A stretch of DNA of 64,000 nucleotides. Origin: Eledone cirrhosa (lineage: Eukaryota). Under the pieces are notes generated by a model. It worked only from the letters and a program-made list of their open reading frames with translations. It ran no database searches and had not been told where the DNA came from. Location: contig OZ024741.1 of the NCBI GenBank assembly GCA_964016885.1, positions 157,356,001-157,420,000 of the forward strand. The letters are read 5' to 3'. Positions within the stretch are counted from its first letter, which is position 1; each line of letters opens with the position of its first letter. The translations under genes and the position numbers were made by a program. Positions 12,300 through 25,777 of the stretch are shown here, in pieces.

Positions 12300-12560
12300 C
12301 TTCATCCATTTATTCCCGAGAGGGTGGGGGTGAGGACAGGGTCCTCAAATACTCTTTCCAGTGGGCCCTGTCAGAAGCAACCATCTCCAAATGATCCAAG
12401 TTCATGGATGTTATCCAACCATTTTGCTTGGAGTCTAACCCTGGGTCTCCTGCCAATTGGTTTTGCCCATAAAATCTGTCCAGCAATTCTTTTCTGAGAC
12501 ATCGTATTCATGACCATAGGTAAGGGTTGGCATGAATACCGAATTAAAGATACCAAGTTT
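12300..12560 (-). mobile_element. RTE-like LINE 3' end fragment
   Basis: ILWAKPIGRRPRVRLQAKWLDNI resembles the RTE C-terminal GRRPRGRP..RW.D motif. Confidence 0.55.
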
Positions 12561-13199
12561 GGCTTTCATGTCTACTTCCATCATCTTAATTTATATATTT
12601 TTTATTCCATTTTTATTCATTTTTACAAGTAATTTAAATTTTAATTGGAGATTTCTTTTTCACTCACTTATTCTTGATAGGGTCGTGGATAAGTGGGAGA
12701 AGGAAGAGGAGGAGGAGAAGTAACTGCATTAATAATTGATTATTATTTAAGTAAAATTTATTTTATATAATTATGTATGTGTTTTAAATGTATATGTATA
12801 TATATATATATGTATTCTTTCTGTAAACAACTATTACTGTGATTTAAATTTAGTGTCTCTTAGTTTTAACAGTTTAAAATATTTAAAATTTGTTTCAGTT
12901 ATGAGAATGTTCTTGTGATGCTCAGATGTTTTCTCAGGGAGATCCCCTTCTGCAACAATTTATGTGTTTTTAATGTCTCTATTGATACAGAAGGGATGTA
13001 AAGTTATGTGTTAAAGTTTTTTTTTTTCTTCTTTATGCTCAGATCTTACTTCGTGGTTTTACTCCTATATACTATAATGCAGCTTAATGAATTGGTGACT
13101 GTCACATATAAGACCACCAAAAATTACAGTATGCTCAGATGCAATAAAAGCATTCATACCACATTGTCTTTTATGTGGGGTAACAAGGGATGAGGTTCA

Positions 13200-14770
13200 G
13201 GCCTTAGTTGGGCGGGCCTGTTCAAAGAATATATTGCTAGCTACATCCAATGCTCTGAGAACTGGCAATATGCTTACAACCTCTCCTGGGTTGTGTGGGA
13301 TGAATGCACAAAGGTTGCATATTCTGAGACTCAAAAAAGCTTCCAGAAGGGAGTAAATCTTAACAATTGATAAGTAGAATATTGAAACTCTTACAGGTAA
13401 GGAGCAGGAAGTAGTGGAGAAGGCTAGATGCTACCAGCCAGATATAGTTAAGGTTTCTTCAATAAAGTTCTGTGGCTCTGGTACTGTAGATTTGGATGGA
13501 GGATAGAAATTCCACTATTCCCGTGTGCTGCCAGAAATGACTGGTGAGAGTGGGGATACTCACAAGTCCCTGGCTGTCAGTATGTGTTATGGACTGGATC
13601 CCATTGGGAGGGAGGATTTGCCTCCTGAAGCTTAGGCTAAATGAAATGGTTCAAGTTTATGCACCAAAGAGGGAGTCCAAATACAGATCTTTCTTTGATG
13701 AAGTCACTGCAACATTAGATGTAGTTAAGACTAAGTAATATATTCTAATGTTGGCACTTATCACCTGACATGGAAAGGAGTGATTTCAAGGAATAGCAAT
13801 CCTGATCTAAATACAAGTGGAGAGGCCTTATTAGGCTTCTGTTTAAATAATGGGCTCTCTATCATGAACACCTTCTTCCAACACAAAGATGAAGATCTAA
13901 TTAAATACAGTGACAATCCCAATTTTCACAAATGGAGACAAGAGATATTGCTCTGATTATTGAGGAAGCTCCTTGTTAAGCCTCCCAAGTAAAGTATTTA
14001 CTAAGTGTCTGACAAAGAGATGCAAGGATATTGTTGAGTCGAAACTAGCTGACGAACTGTGTAGGTTTCACTCTAGATGCAGCACAACCAATCAAATGTT
14101 CACACTGTGGCTGGTCTTCGAGAAATTGTGGGATTATTGCTTCATAGACCTTAAAAAGGCATATGATCGCTTTCTGCAGGATTTGTTGGTGAAAGTTCTG
14201 CAAGATCAGAGGATCCATTAACAGCTTCTTGTTTCCTTGAAGTTCGTAAATGATTGCCCTAGTATTTGTGTTGAGATAAATTGTGCTATATCAAAACCAC
14301 TCAATATAGGTATCTGCCATGGGCATGTACTGTCACCTCTCCTGCTCATAATTTTCATGAACAGGATTCACATGCACAGCCAAGATGGAAGTGGTATCAA
14401 TACCAGCAGGTGTAGGATCAGTTGACTGGAATTTGCAGGTGACAACTTAACTCACCAGAAGGTGATGTCCAACATGCAGCTCATAGGTTTGCTTCTGAGT
14501 GCTGCACAACAGGAATGGAAACCAGTTCTGTGAAGACTGTGGCATTCATCCCTCATGGAAGCCTGAGAAATGTACTCTATATGTGAGTGGAATTCCACTG
14601 ATGTAAGTAGAGAAGTTCAAGTATCTCGGGGCCATTTTTATAAGTAATGGAAGGCCGGAGGCTAAATCAAGTAATAACCGAAAGACTATGATCACAAATA
14701 AAAGTGGTTGAAATGGGATCCTATGGAGTAACATTACTTGATAGAGTACCTGATAGAGAGCTGTACTACT
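13200..14770 (+). mobile_element. Highly degenerate RTE-like LINE (APE endonuclease and RT remnants)
   Basis: NIETLTGKEQEVV (APE N-terminus), VQVYAP, LSIMNTFFQHK, LLSLPSKVF, FIDLKKAYDR, LSPLLLIIFM, VEKFKYLG, with many stops and frameshifts. Confidence 0.78.
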
Positions 14771-14869
14771 CCAAATTGAGCGATCATATGTGATCAGAAA
14801 GCCTAAGGAAAGAATTGCTGAACTGATTTCACAGGTAAAACCAAACACACACACACATAAACATAAATA

Positions 14870-15057
14870 CGAGGGTCAGCTAAAAAGTTCATAGGCTAAC
14901 CAAGATACACTCATGGAATGACCAAATATTTTTCAACATAGTCCCTGGACAACAACAATGCAGATATTAATAAGAATTGAAATTAATGCACGCAGTATTT
15001 CACAGCTTTCACAACACTTCTTTATAGTTAGCCTATGAACTTTTCAGCCTACCCTCA
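14870..15057. mobile_element. Mariner-type MITE
   Basis: TA-CGAGGGTCAGCTAAAAAGTTCATAGGCTAAC ... GTTAGCCTATGAACTTTTCAGCCTACCCTCA-TA (~30-bp TIRs). Confidence 0.8.
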
Positions 15058-15279
15058 TATATACAAAGAATTATAAATGGAATTTTTGACTAATCAAGAT
15101 GCTGGGAAGCTCAATGTGTTATTATGATTATCAATCATGCAGATCAAGTAAATCTAAGGTGAAGCCAGAATAGTAAGATCTGAAAGAATGGAGAAAAACT
15201 GGCATCACAGAGCTTAATATGATTTAAAAGAACACCAAAGAGATGTTAAAGTTCTGAAAGGCTCTGATGTTCGTTTAAG

Positions 15280-15310
<31 letters not shown>

Positions 15311-15629
15311 ACCCGTAACTCCCTCGGAGTCAGAGTGGCACCATATTGACATACAGCATTTCTAAGGCATTTTTAAAACCTGGCAGAGCCCATCTCCTCT
15401 CCAGGCCTGAATACAGTAGATTTCCTCCACAAAAGGATAGGGAGAATGAGAGAAAGGAAGTGAGAAAGAAATATAGAGGAAGAATCAACACCATGAATGG
15501 ATGAAAGGCAAAGTTGACCTCAGCGGGATTTGAACTCAGAGAGCAGAGAGCAGAAATGAATACTACAAAGCATTCTATCCGACGTTCTAATGACTCTGCC
15601 AATTCGCCTTATGTATATATATTTTAATC

Positions 15630-16515
15630 ATTAATCATCATTTTTTTTACTGCTGCTTTTCCATGCTTGTATGGGTTGGACAGGTCCTTTTCAGCACAAC
15701 ACTTCTCCACACATCATGTTCCTTCGTCATTTCCTCTGTGAATCTCCTTGGTCTACCTCTACTGCGGCTTCCCTCCACTGGCACTTCTTCACACAGTGAT
15801 CATCATCCATGCACATCACATACCCATACCAACACAGTCTTCACTCTTGCACACCGCATCAGACTCCTCTTAAACCGAGTTTCTCCTTCATTTCATCCAA
15901 ACTCTGCTTTTCTGTCACATTTGCATTGCACATGCAGCGAAGCATGATTGCTTCATTCCTCTCCAGCTTACACATGTCCGATGAAATCACTGCACATGTT
16001 TCACTACCATGCAACATCCCACTTCATACATAGGCATCATACAGCTGTCCTTTTTTACATAGGGAGAAGACTTTTGATGTCAACAATGGGAGTAGCTCTC
16101 TAAACTTCTTCCATTCTATCTTTATTCTATCTTTTATATTCTTAGAGCACCCTCTTCTGCTGCTAATTAGGTCACCTAGATAGCAGGCGCTATTAACCAC
16201 ATCTATGAATCCTCCATGTGATTAGAAAAGATTTATATCACTGATGCTGTTTCCATTGATTATCCCTGCGCATCTACATACAAAACCTTCCTGTTAGTCT
16301 GTCTGTTATCCCACTACATCACTTGTGTACCCAACATTTGCATTGTGTACATCATATAGAGTTTATGCCTACTCCTTTTCTGTGGATCCTTCACATGACT
16401 GGATAAGGTTTATATCACTGACCCTCTTACTATCTATTACATACAAAGTCTTTCTTTCCTGTTAGTCTGCCTGCTATCCCACTATACCTTTTGTGTACCC
16501 AAGATTTGCATGATG
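15630..16515 (-). mobile_element. Degenerate RTE LINE 3' fragment
   Basis: Reverse complement encodes YDAYV..GMLHGSETC and RRGRPRR-type motifs, homologous to 25790-26700. Confidence 0.75.
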
Positions 16516-17123
16516 ATGATATATATATATACATACATGTTGGTAGTTACAATGTTGGTGATGGTTGTAGTCATCTTGATGGTATTATATTGGTATTGTG
16601 TGTAATGTTGTGTGTGTTAGCATGTGTGTATGTGTGTGACAGTGTGAGAGCTTGGATGGATTTTTATTAGCACATCTCCATTGCTATTCTCCAGGGTAAT
16701 ACATTCACAATTCTGTCCATTGGGACTACACACAACATCTATTTGGTGTTTTGCAAAGGATATGAGATGGTAGTGTTATCAATTTTTTTTTTTTTTTCAA
16801 TTATAACTCATCTAGAATGTGTGAAAGTATGTGGCCTAGTGGTTAGATTGTTGAACTCATGATCATAAGGTCATGAATTTGATCCCTGAATTGCACAGTA
16901 TGTTGCGTACTTTAGCAAGAAAGCTCATTTCCTGCTGCTATAGCTCTGTTGCCTCTATCATTAAAATACCTGAGACCTCCAAAGGGATGCAGCCTTGTAG
17001 AAGGCCAATTAAACCTACATAGGTGTAAGCTGTAACAATATGATAAGACTTCCTCCAGTTTAGTTCCTGCTACACAAACTGCAGTTTTGCAGATAAAATA
17101 TTCCCCAATTATTTATGTAATAA

Positions 17124-17245
17124 ATTATTTGTTCATTTCAGTCATTCATTAAATATGTTTGTTAAATATATTAGCATAAAATTGGAATGTTATGCTAATA
17201 TATTTAACAAACATATTTAATGAATGACTGAAATTAACAAATAAT
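17124..17245. repeat. Near-perfect ~56-bp-arm palindrome (hairpin) with a 10-nt loop
   Basis: ATTATTTGTTCATTTCAGTC...TTAGCATAA / TTATGCTAA...GACTGAAATTAACAAATAAT. Confidence 0.9.
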
Positions 17246-18650
17246 CAACAAATTCTATCCAATTTTTTCTCACAAGGAAAATGTTGGATGAAAACAAGTT
17301 TTTGCTGCTCATTTTTTACATGCATGTGCTTCTAAATTATTTGAAAAGGATAGGCAAAATTTTTCATTAGATGTACGGATTAAGCAACTATAAAATGACA
17401 GCCAAACCTTCAAATAACACCAACCATCTTAGGAAATGAAGAATACATTGGATAATGTCTGATGGAGCACTCACTGAGTCTAAGTTGCACTTTCATAAAG
17501 AGACATAATGTATCTATTCTAAACCAGATACATACAGAAATATATTACACACATATACATACATTATATATATACTAACAAAATTAAAGATGTCATGTCT
17601 GAGAATATCAAAGATATGGAGAAGCTCAAAGATTCTAAGGAATAAATCCAAGCATTTATTAAAAATTAAATTAAAGGTCGATTGACATGTATATATAAAA
17701 TAAACATATCAAACATTGACAGGAAATAATTTGTAAAGAGTGTAAACACACATAGTTACGGAGAAAACATTAAGATTTGATGAGAACTTTGAATATAGAT
17801 ACCTTGCAATAATTGTTTATCCCAGTGTATTACTGGTACTTTATTTTATCAACCCCGTAAGGATGAAAGGCAAAGTTCACCTCGGTGGGATTTGAACTCA
17901 GACCATAAAGGGGCATAGCTATGCTGGAAAGCATGGCGTCCGACCCTTGCAATAATGATTAATCTCCTTTGTATATATTCCATTATAGAGATATATTTCA
18001 CCATTAATAGGTGAAACATAGATGTTAAATCCTGGATCGTCAGCAAAGGAGGGGATTTGGAATTATCTATGATCACACCCTAAGAACAAATCAAGAAATA
18101 AGGAAGAAAAGCACATGTGGTTTGGAAAAATACACAGCACCCCGCCGTCACCCCAGTGACAGGAATAGGCTTATTGACGGATAGAAATAGCAGAATATAT
18201 ACCAGCCCACATGAACCAAAGTATGATTGAATTTGGAGTTGTGGAGAAAGAAAGTAGTTCCTTAATTCATAAGTTATAAATGGCTGTGATATCTGGAAAT
18301 TTCCTTCTCCTAACAACCTTGCCACCAGGAAGGTGAACAGTCAAAAATAAATTCAAAATCAAGAAAAAGAGAAAAAACATATATCAACAGTGACTTAGAT
18401 GGCTTCTGCCTAAAGCATAAATAAGGAGGCAGAGGCTTAACATCAATCCAAACAATGTTTGAATGCTTCATCATATCTCTTGGACAACATTAACTAACCA
18501 CCAAACATAGAACATGTTTCTCTACAAGATGACCTTGAACTCACCCAGGGCAATTACAGAGCAATACTGCAACAAATCAGCAGATGAAAAGCTTTATGCT
18601 TATCAGTAAGAAGTCATGCAAGTTGTCAGAAAACTTCAAAGCGAGAGTAA

Positions 18651-18836
18651 TATTGTTTCTACTTTAGGCACAAGGCCAGCAATTACCCAGTGCATTACTG
18701 GTACTTTATTTTATCGACCCCGTAAGGATGAAAGGCAAAGTCAACCTCGGCGGGATTTGAACTCAGATCGTAAAGGGACGTAACTATGTTGGAAAGCATG
18801 GCGTCCGACCCTCTACTGATACTGCCAATCCACCGC
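18651..18836 (-). mobile_element. tRNA-derived SINE family A (~185 bp)
   Basis: A-box-like TGGCAGTATCGG and B-box-like GAGTTCAAATCC; ends GTAGAAACAAT(TAT)n. Other copies at ~15500-15610(-), 17820-17950(-), 20815-21000(+), 51207-51390(+), 52962-53060(-), 58300-58485(-). Confidence 0.85.
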
Positions 18837-19458
18837 AGAGTAATATTGATAAACAACAACCAGTATATTAGCTCTTTGAAGGATATGCTTTGGCAATCCA
18901 GGAACAGTAAATAACAAAATTGTTGATATTACCCACATCATAAGCAATGATGTCATCACACTACTATCTACTTATGAGGCATGATGTTGTGGACAAAAAT
19001 TATACAATGCAATCTGTAGAAAAATAGTTCTGAGTATAAAAATACAAAAAGTTACAGTGACGTAGAGGGCATATGCACACATATTAAGAAAGAGTACAGG
19101 TGGAATATTCCATTCAAAACCACAATAAAATGTAAACATAACACACCAGGGTTACAGAAAAAAAGATATGCTCAGTATATTTATGTTGAACTAATTTACA
19201 GATACTCTTTTCTATACATTTAGATTTGTACCTGTGATCATTGGAGCACTTGGATATGTTATTAAATGATTCAGTACAAATCTTGAGAAGATGGGCTTCA
19301 CAGAATCAGAAAAAGCACAGCTAATTAAGAAATTGCAATTACAGTCTAATATATGTAAAACATTCCAGAAATTTAGCACATAATAACTGCATGTACAGAT
19401 GTATAGAAATAGAAACATGTATATGTGTACATACAGATCTACACATTCAATAATATCC

Positions 19459-19491
<33 letters not shown>

Positions 19492-22400
19492 TAAATAATT
19501 ACTTTGTTGATATTGTCTAAATTCCGTCGAAAGAGTCTTGTTTGTGAGTTAGAAACCGGCTCTAACTCTGGTGAAAATAAAATAAAATAATATAACCATA
19601 ATATACATAAAGATGGAATGCTAAGCTGAATAATGATCTCACTTGTCTCAGTAACACACACACACATACATGAGTGGTTATATGTATGTGTGTTTGTTTC
19701 TCTATCTATATACTTATATATGTGTGTGTGTATATATTTAGGTATATGTATATATATGTGTAAAACAGGAACATAAGCCAGGCGTGGGATGCAATCCATA
19801 TGAGAGGACAGTAGCTCAAATTATGTACTGACTGTGTCTGTGATAACCAATCTGACCCATCCCAACATGGAAAACCCACATGTAAAATAATGATTTCTTT
19901 ATTTTATTTATTTATTCATTAAAATAATGATATATTTGTATATACATTAAATTGTGCACTAAGCAACCAAAGTGTACATATAATCATAGGACTAAAATAT
20001 GTAAATTGGTACATCCTTTTATGATTACTACTATCTTTACAAAGCTTTATAAAGCTGTCAGTCATGAATTTCCTTGTGGTAGTTCGATGTGCATATCTCT
20101 GATGAGATCCCAATTAAAGTAAAAAAAATTGATTAAAAATATTAATCATCTTTTTCAATTTACAGGAAAACATGTAAATCTGACATGTTTACATGTTTAT
20201 ATACTCAATGTGTCTACTTGTATACACATTTTACACAGTCTTGGTTACACACTGTACTGTATATGGCTGGATGCTCTTGCTATCACCAACAACTTTACAC
20301 TGTTTACTGAGTGTGTTTTATTGTGGAACCAACACTAGAGAGGTTGTTCTGCCCTTGACACAACAAAAGAGTTCTCTTCTCAACACTTTTTGAATTGGTT
20401 TCTATGGTTGGAAGACATTCCTCACACCAATCACTTTACAAAGCATACTGGATGCATTTGTAGCACCAACACAGGGAAGTTATCAACCATTGATTCAACT
20501 GAAAAGCCCTCTTTACTCTATAGGGTGAAGATAAGGACTTGTTCCAAGTGGGTCATGTTTGAGGGAGTGTAAGATGGAAAGAAGTAAGGAAAAGAATAAG
20601 CATGTCATGGGTGGAGAGAGAGAGAGAGAGAGAGAGAGATGACATGATGTCACAGATCGTTGGCAATACACATAGATCGCTGTATGACAGTTTGGTGGGG
20701 TTTAAAATGGTGATGTATGGTGGGAGTTGGCATAATGATATGAGAGTGTTGAGGTGGGGGAGGGAGAGGAAAGGGGTGATCCCAGATAGATACAGTGAAG
20801 ATGAATGAGAACTGTTGGTGGATTGGCAGTATTGAGAGTCGGATGCCATGCTTTGACGCATAGAGTTACGGCCCTTGCCATTCTGAGTTCAAATCCCGCC
20901 AAGGTTAACTTTGCCTTTCATCCTTACGGGGTCAATAAAATAAAGTACCAGTAATGCACTGGGTGTTTGCTGGCCTTGTGCCAAAAGTAGAAACAGTTAT
21001 TAAAGCTACAACTGGTTTGTTGGTATTTAAAAAGTATAGGGGTAATTCTGGAAGGTGTGTGTTGATGGAGGATACAGTGATGGTAGGACTAGGTACAAAA
21101 GAGTGATGGTGAGGAGGTGTGTCATCATTGACTTCTCTGAAATAGCCTCCCTATCCTATGGGGATAATAGGATGAAGCAGTTAAGCAGGATGCTATGGGT
21201 AAGTGACAATAGGTGTGAGTGTATGTGTATATATTGTGAGTGTATATATCTAAATATATTCACATTGTCAAGAAAATTATTGGTAAACTTGTGCATAGTG
21301 GTTGTGGTTGTGGTGGTGGTGGTGGTGGTGGTAATGATGATCATGTGAGCAGAAAGAGGAAGGGGAGGAGGAGGAAGGAATGTAGGAAATTGAAATAACC
21401 TAATATAGTATACATTAATATATTTGATTGACCTTGGGTACCAATTGTGAAATGTGAGGTCCCTATATTCCCTACCTCAGCATCCACCCTAAATTAGATA
21501 CTGTGAAAAACTTGACCTCCCCACCCTTTCAATCTGTACCACCACCTCCATTTATCACTCTCAAATGTGATAGTATTTCATACATAAAACAAAAAATAGT
21601 TGTTTCTACTCCACCCAACCTTCCATGCATGTCAATAGTCCATTTTAGTAATTAAGTGAGAAGGTCACTGTGTAACAGAACATCCTACCTCACCCACCAC
21701 CACTGTGCTGCATCAATAATACCATCATAGGGAACCTCCCATATAATTATATCATAACAATCACATCACCAGACCACTGCAGTATCTTATGATGCTGATG
21801 ATGGATATTCCATCGGTTTTGGGCTATGAACATTTAGTTATTCCATCAATTAATTGTCCAGCTCATGAATTAACATTTAAGTGGCTGAGTATTCCACAGG
21901 TATATGTAACCTTAATGCAATTCTCAAGTTGAATCAGTATGACAAAATATATGACAAGGCTGGCCCTTTATATTACAAGTAAATTCATGTGCTTCCACTT
22001 AGTTTCTGCCTAATTAATTCCAGTCACAAAGCTTGGGTCAACCAAAGGCTTTGGTAAAGTCACATGCCCAAGATATCTTGCATTAGTATCGAACTCAGGA
22101 TCTCATGATTTTGAAGCAAACATCTTATCCACTCAGCCATGCCTGCCTGTATCCATATTTAGTTAGTGAGTTAGTCTATATGAGGTTGCTCAAATTGCTA
22201 GATGTAGTAGCCAAATCTTTTTCAAAATATCATATCATTATTTGCTTTTCAAAGATTGGGATTCAATATACCAGAAAAAATAATACAATATGATGGTCAC
22301 AGTTGGAGCGAATTTGATAATAGGTGTACTCTATCATGGCTAACCTGAACTTAAACAACTCAAGATTAAGGGAGAAGGACATTCAAATATCAAAATATTA

Positions 22401-23713
22401 AAAGACTATGGAAATAGAACAAAGGATATTTTAATAAAAAATAGAAATAGGCTGTGTGGTCAACAGGTGTTGGTGACATGAAAATTGAACCTAGTACATT
22501 CTGTAAAGTGGTTGGTGATAGGAAGGGCATCCAACCAACCAGAGAAAACTTTCCAAACAAGGGGCCCGGGAGATCTCTGCAATTGTATCCAAAACAATGA
22601 CAATTCTAGTGCTGGTACCATGATAAAATAGACCAGATAAACTTCGCAAAATGGTTGATATTATAAAGGACATCTATTCATAGAAACCATGGGGACTCTT
22701 TTTCAAATATATGGAGGAGTTTTCTTTGGAGCTAGAAGCTTCTTGTGTCTGACAGAAGAGACATAAAGAAGGGTGAGGAAAGAGTAGAGAGAGGAGGTAA
22801 AGAGGAAGATAGAAAGGAAAACGTTTGATATGCAGGGGGATGAGTGTGAGATGAGATAAAAAAGGTTATGTGCATATGTGTATGCTTATCTCAGTGTGTG
22901 CATGCATCAATACGTAAATGTATTTGTATTTGTGCATTTTTGTTTTTGAGTGTACATTGGCAGAATATGCAAGGGCAACCTGACTTTTCTTTTTTTATTA
23001 CTCATACACATATGTATGCATATCTTCATCATCATCAATTAACATCTATCTTCCATGCTAGTATGGGTTAGGCAAGTTTGTCCCAATTAGAGGCAAGTTG
23101 GGTCGGGTGACCGTGTCTCGCTCAATAAGGAGAGTTTCTAGCTGGTTGTCTATGGCTGGATGCCCTTCCTAACGCCAACCACATTGACAGTGTGTGCTGG
23201 GTGCTTTTTGCTGTGTCTTTTACACATCTACTTTACAGTGTGGGCTGGAAGTTTTGGGACTGGTTTTCTATGGCTGGATGCCCTTCCTAATGCCAACGAC
23301 ATAAAAAATGTGTTGGGTACTTCTTGCACACACTGTAAATGATATATATATATATATACACACACACTGTTTGTTTGCAATCAAACAGACTCATAAACAC
23401 CATGTGTATTTTTTAGATGAACAACTTCATCTTTTTGTTCCATCAGTAGCTGAGAGAAAACAATCGACAATTGTTTCGGAGTGTTTGCTCCTCATCAAGA
23501 TTGGGTATTCTTGTCTCTGCTACTCACTGGAACTGCTGAGAATACATAGTATTCTCAAATGTATACATTGGCTGATTAGCCTCATTTGCATACCAAGTGA
23601 TTTTACAGTTGGCTTTGCAGAAAATTTAAAAAACAAAATTTGTTTCCACTCACAAATACATTTAGGTATCCACCATGTTAAGAGTAAAATCATATATACA
23701 CACACACATACAC

Positions 23714-23762
<49 letters not shown>

Positions 23763-23769
23763 CACACAC

Positions 23770-23804
<35 letters not shown>

Positions 23805-23911
23805 TATATATATACACACACACACACACATATATATATACACACACACACACGCACATATATATATATATATATACACACATATATATATACATATATA
23901 TAGATATATAT

Positions 23912-24236
23912 GAAGGCACATGGCTTAGTGGTTGTAGCATTGGCCTTGCAATCGAAAGGTTGTGAGTTCAATTCTCAGACCGGGTGATGTGTTGTTTCCT
24001 TGAGCAAGACACTTTATTTCACATTGCTCCAGTTTACTCAGCTGTAGAATGAGATGATAGAGACTTGGGTCCTTATCATTCCATTGCAAAGTGGTAGTGG
24101 AGGTGCCACGGAAAAAAAGCACCCAGCACTCACTGTAAATGAGGTTGGTGTTAGGAAGGGCATCCAGCTGTAGAAATCAAGCCAGAATCAGTTCCCGTCC
24201 CACTTGCAAGCAGAGAAAAGAGGATGTAAAATGATG

Positions 24237-24238
<2 letters not shown>
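23912..24238 (+). mobile_element. tRNA-derived SINE family B with RTE-derived 3' tail
   Basis: Head GGCACATGGCTTAGTGGTT...GAGTTCAATTC, core CCTTGAGCAAGACACTT, tail GTTGGTGTTAGGAAGGGCATCCAGCTGTAGAAA...(TGA)n shared with the RTE 3' UTR. Copies at 42597-42935(+), 60980-61316(+), ~38540-38660(-), ~16830-16940(+). Confidence 0.85.
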
Positions 24239-24293
<55 letters not shown>

Positions 24294-24359
24294 TTACAAA
24301 CCCGTCCCACCCTTGCAAGCAGAGAAAAGAGGATGTAAAATGATGATATATATATATAT

Positions 24360-25245
24360 ATCATCATCATCATCATCAACGTTTAACATCCGTGTTCCAC
24401 GCTTGCATGGGTTTGGACGGGGGGTTTTCCCACTTGAGGCAAGAGTGATTGTCTTGCTCGCATAGGACTGTCTGGCAGGTTTTCTACAGTTGGATGCCCT
24501 TCCTAACACCAACCACATTTACAGTGTGGGTCTGGGAGGTTTTTACCGTGTTGCCTACACGGCCACATTACAGCGTAGACTGTGTGTTTTTTTGTCGTGA
24601 CACCTACACGATCTCATTTGTTTTGGCCTGGATGGTGTGGCACCAACATAACTTTACATAGAACGGGGTGGTGTGGATGGGGTGGGGGTGGTGGGACGGG
24701 GGTGTATTTTGTTAGAGATGCCTACTGACTGTAGTAGGTTTTACTATGTATTTAGGTAAGGCGGGTCTTCTCTATTACTGAGTACCGCCAAAGATCTCGG
24801 TCCAGTGACATTGTCTTGGAGAGGTGTAAGTGTGTGAGGTCGGAGTTTATCAGCTCGTCCCAGGTTTTTCTAGGTCTGCCTATTCCGTGGCTACCGTCTA
24901 TCTTTATTGCCCTGCACTTTGTTATACAGCTATCGACTTTCATGCGCATCACGTGTCCATACCAACGTAGCCTTCTCTCGAGTAAACAACATCTGATCCC
25001 TCTTATTTCTAATTTTTTCCTTAGTTCGTTTATGCTTTGCCGTTCACGTATATTACTATTACACATCCAGCGGAGCATGCAAGCTTCGTTTTCTCTAGTC
25101 TGCGTATATCCTCTGCACACAATGCCCAGGTCTCACTGCCATGCAACACTGCTGTTCGTATGCAGGCATCATACAACCTGCCTTTCATTTTTAGGGAGAA
25201 CCCTTTAGTGGCTAATAGTGGTATAAGCTCTCTGAACTTTTTCCA
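24360..25245 (-). mobile_element. RTE LINE 3' fragment (same family as 6725-7732)
   Basis: ORF 24752-25120 is nearly identical to 6764-7342; (CAT)n tail at 24361. Confidence 0.92.
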
Positions 25246-25396
25246 TATATATATATATATACATATTTACAAACCCATACTAGCTTGGAAAATGGATGTT
25301 AAACGAAGATGATGATATACATATATACACACATATATATATATACACACACGCATACACATATATATCCATATATACACACACATATATATACAT

Positions 25397-25427
<31 letters not shown>

Positions 25428-25777
25428 CATATATACACACACACACACAGATCATCATCATCATCATGTTCATCTTGTGCAATTGCTTGATGACAGTTGG
25501 GGGTTCTCACACATGGCCACACTAGCCACCCCACTACAATGCGCAACCCTAACATGGTTGGTTAGTGTTATTGCTGTTATTGTGATATATGTTTCTTGTC
25601 GTGTTCATAATGTTGATAACTTATATATATATATATATAAGTTATCCCAGATTCAATCGAGGGCAACCACAGTAAGGTACTCAATACAAGGCAGAGTATA
25701 AATGCTTCCTGATGATTTCTTATGAATGAAACAGTTCTAGTCCTGTAGAAGCTTTTCTATATTAAATATATATATAT

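Noticed and set aside
23415-23665. Apparent exon (AG…GT bounded, open frame DEQLHLFVPS…)
   Set aside because: The translation is not recognisable and no adjoining exons were found; a decayed repeat is more likely.
23912-23985. tRNA gene (also the heads at 42597, 46891, 58883 and 60980)
   Set aside because: A/B boxes are present but I see no complete cloverleaf, and each continues into a SINE body and tail.
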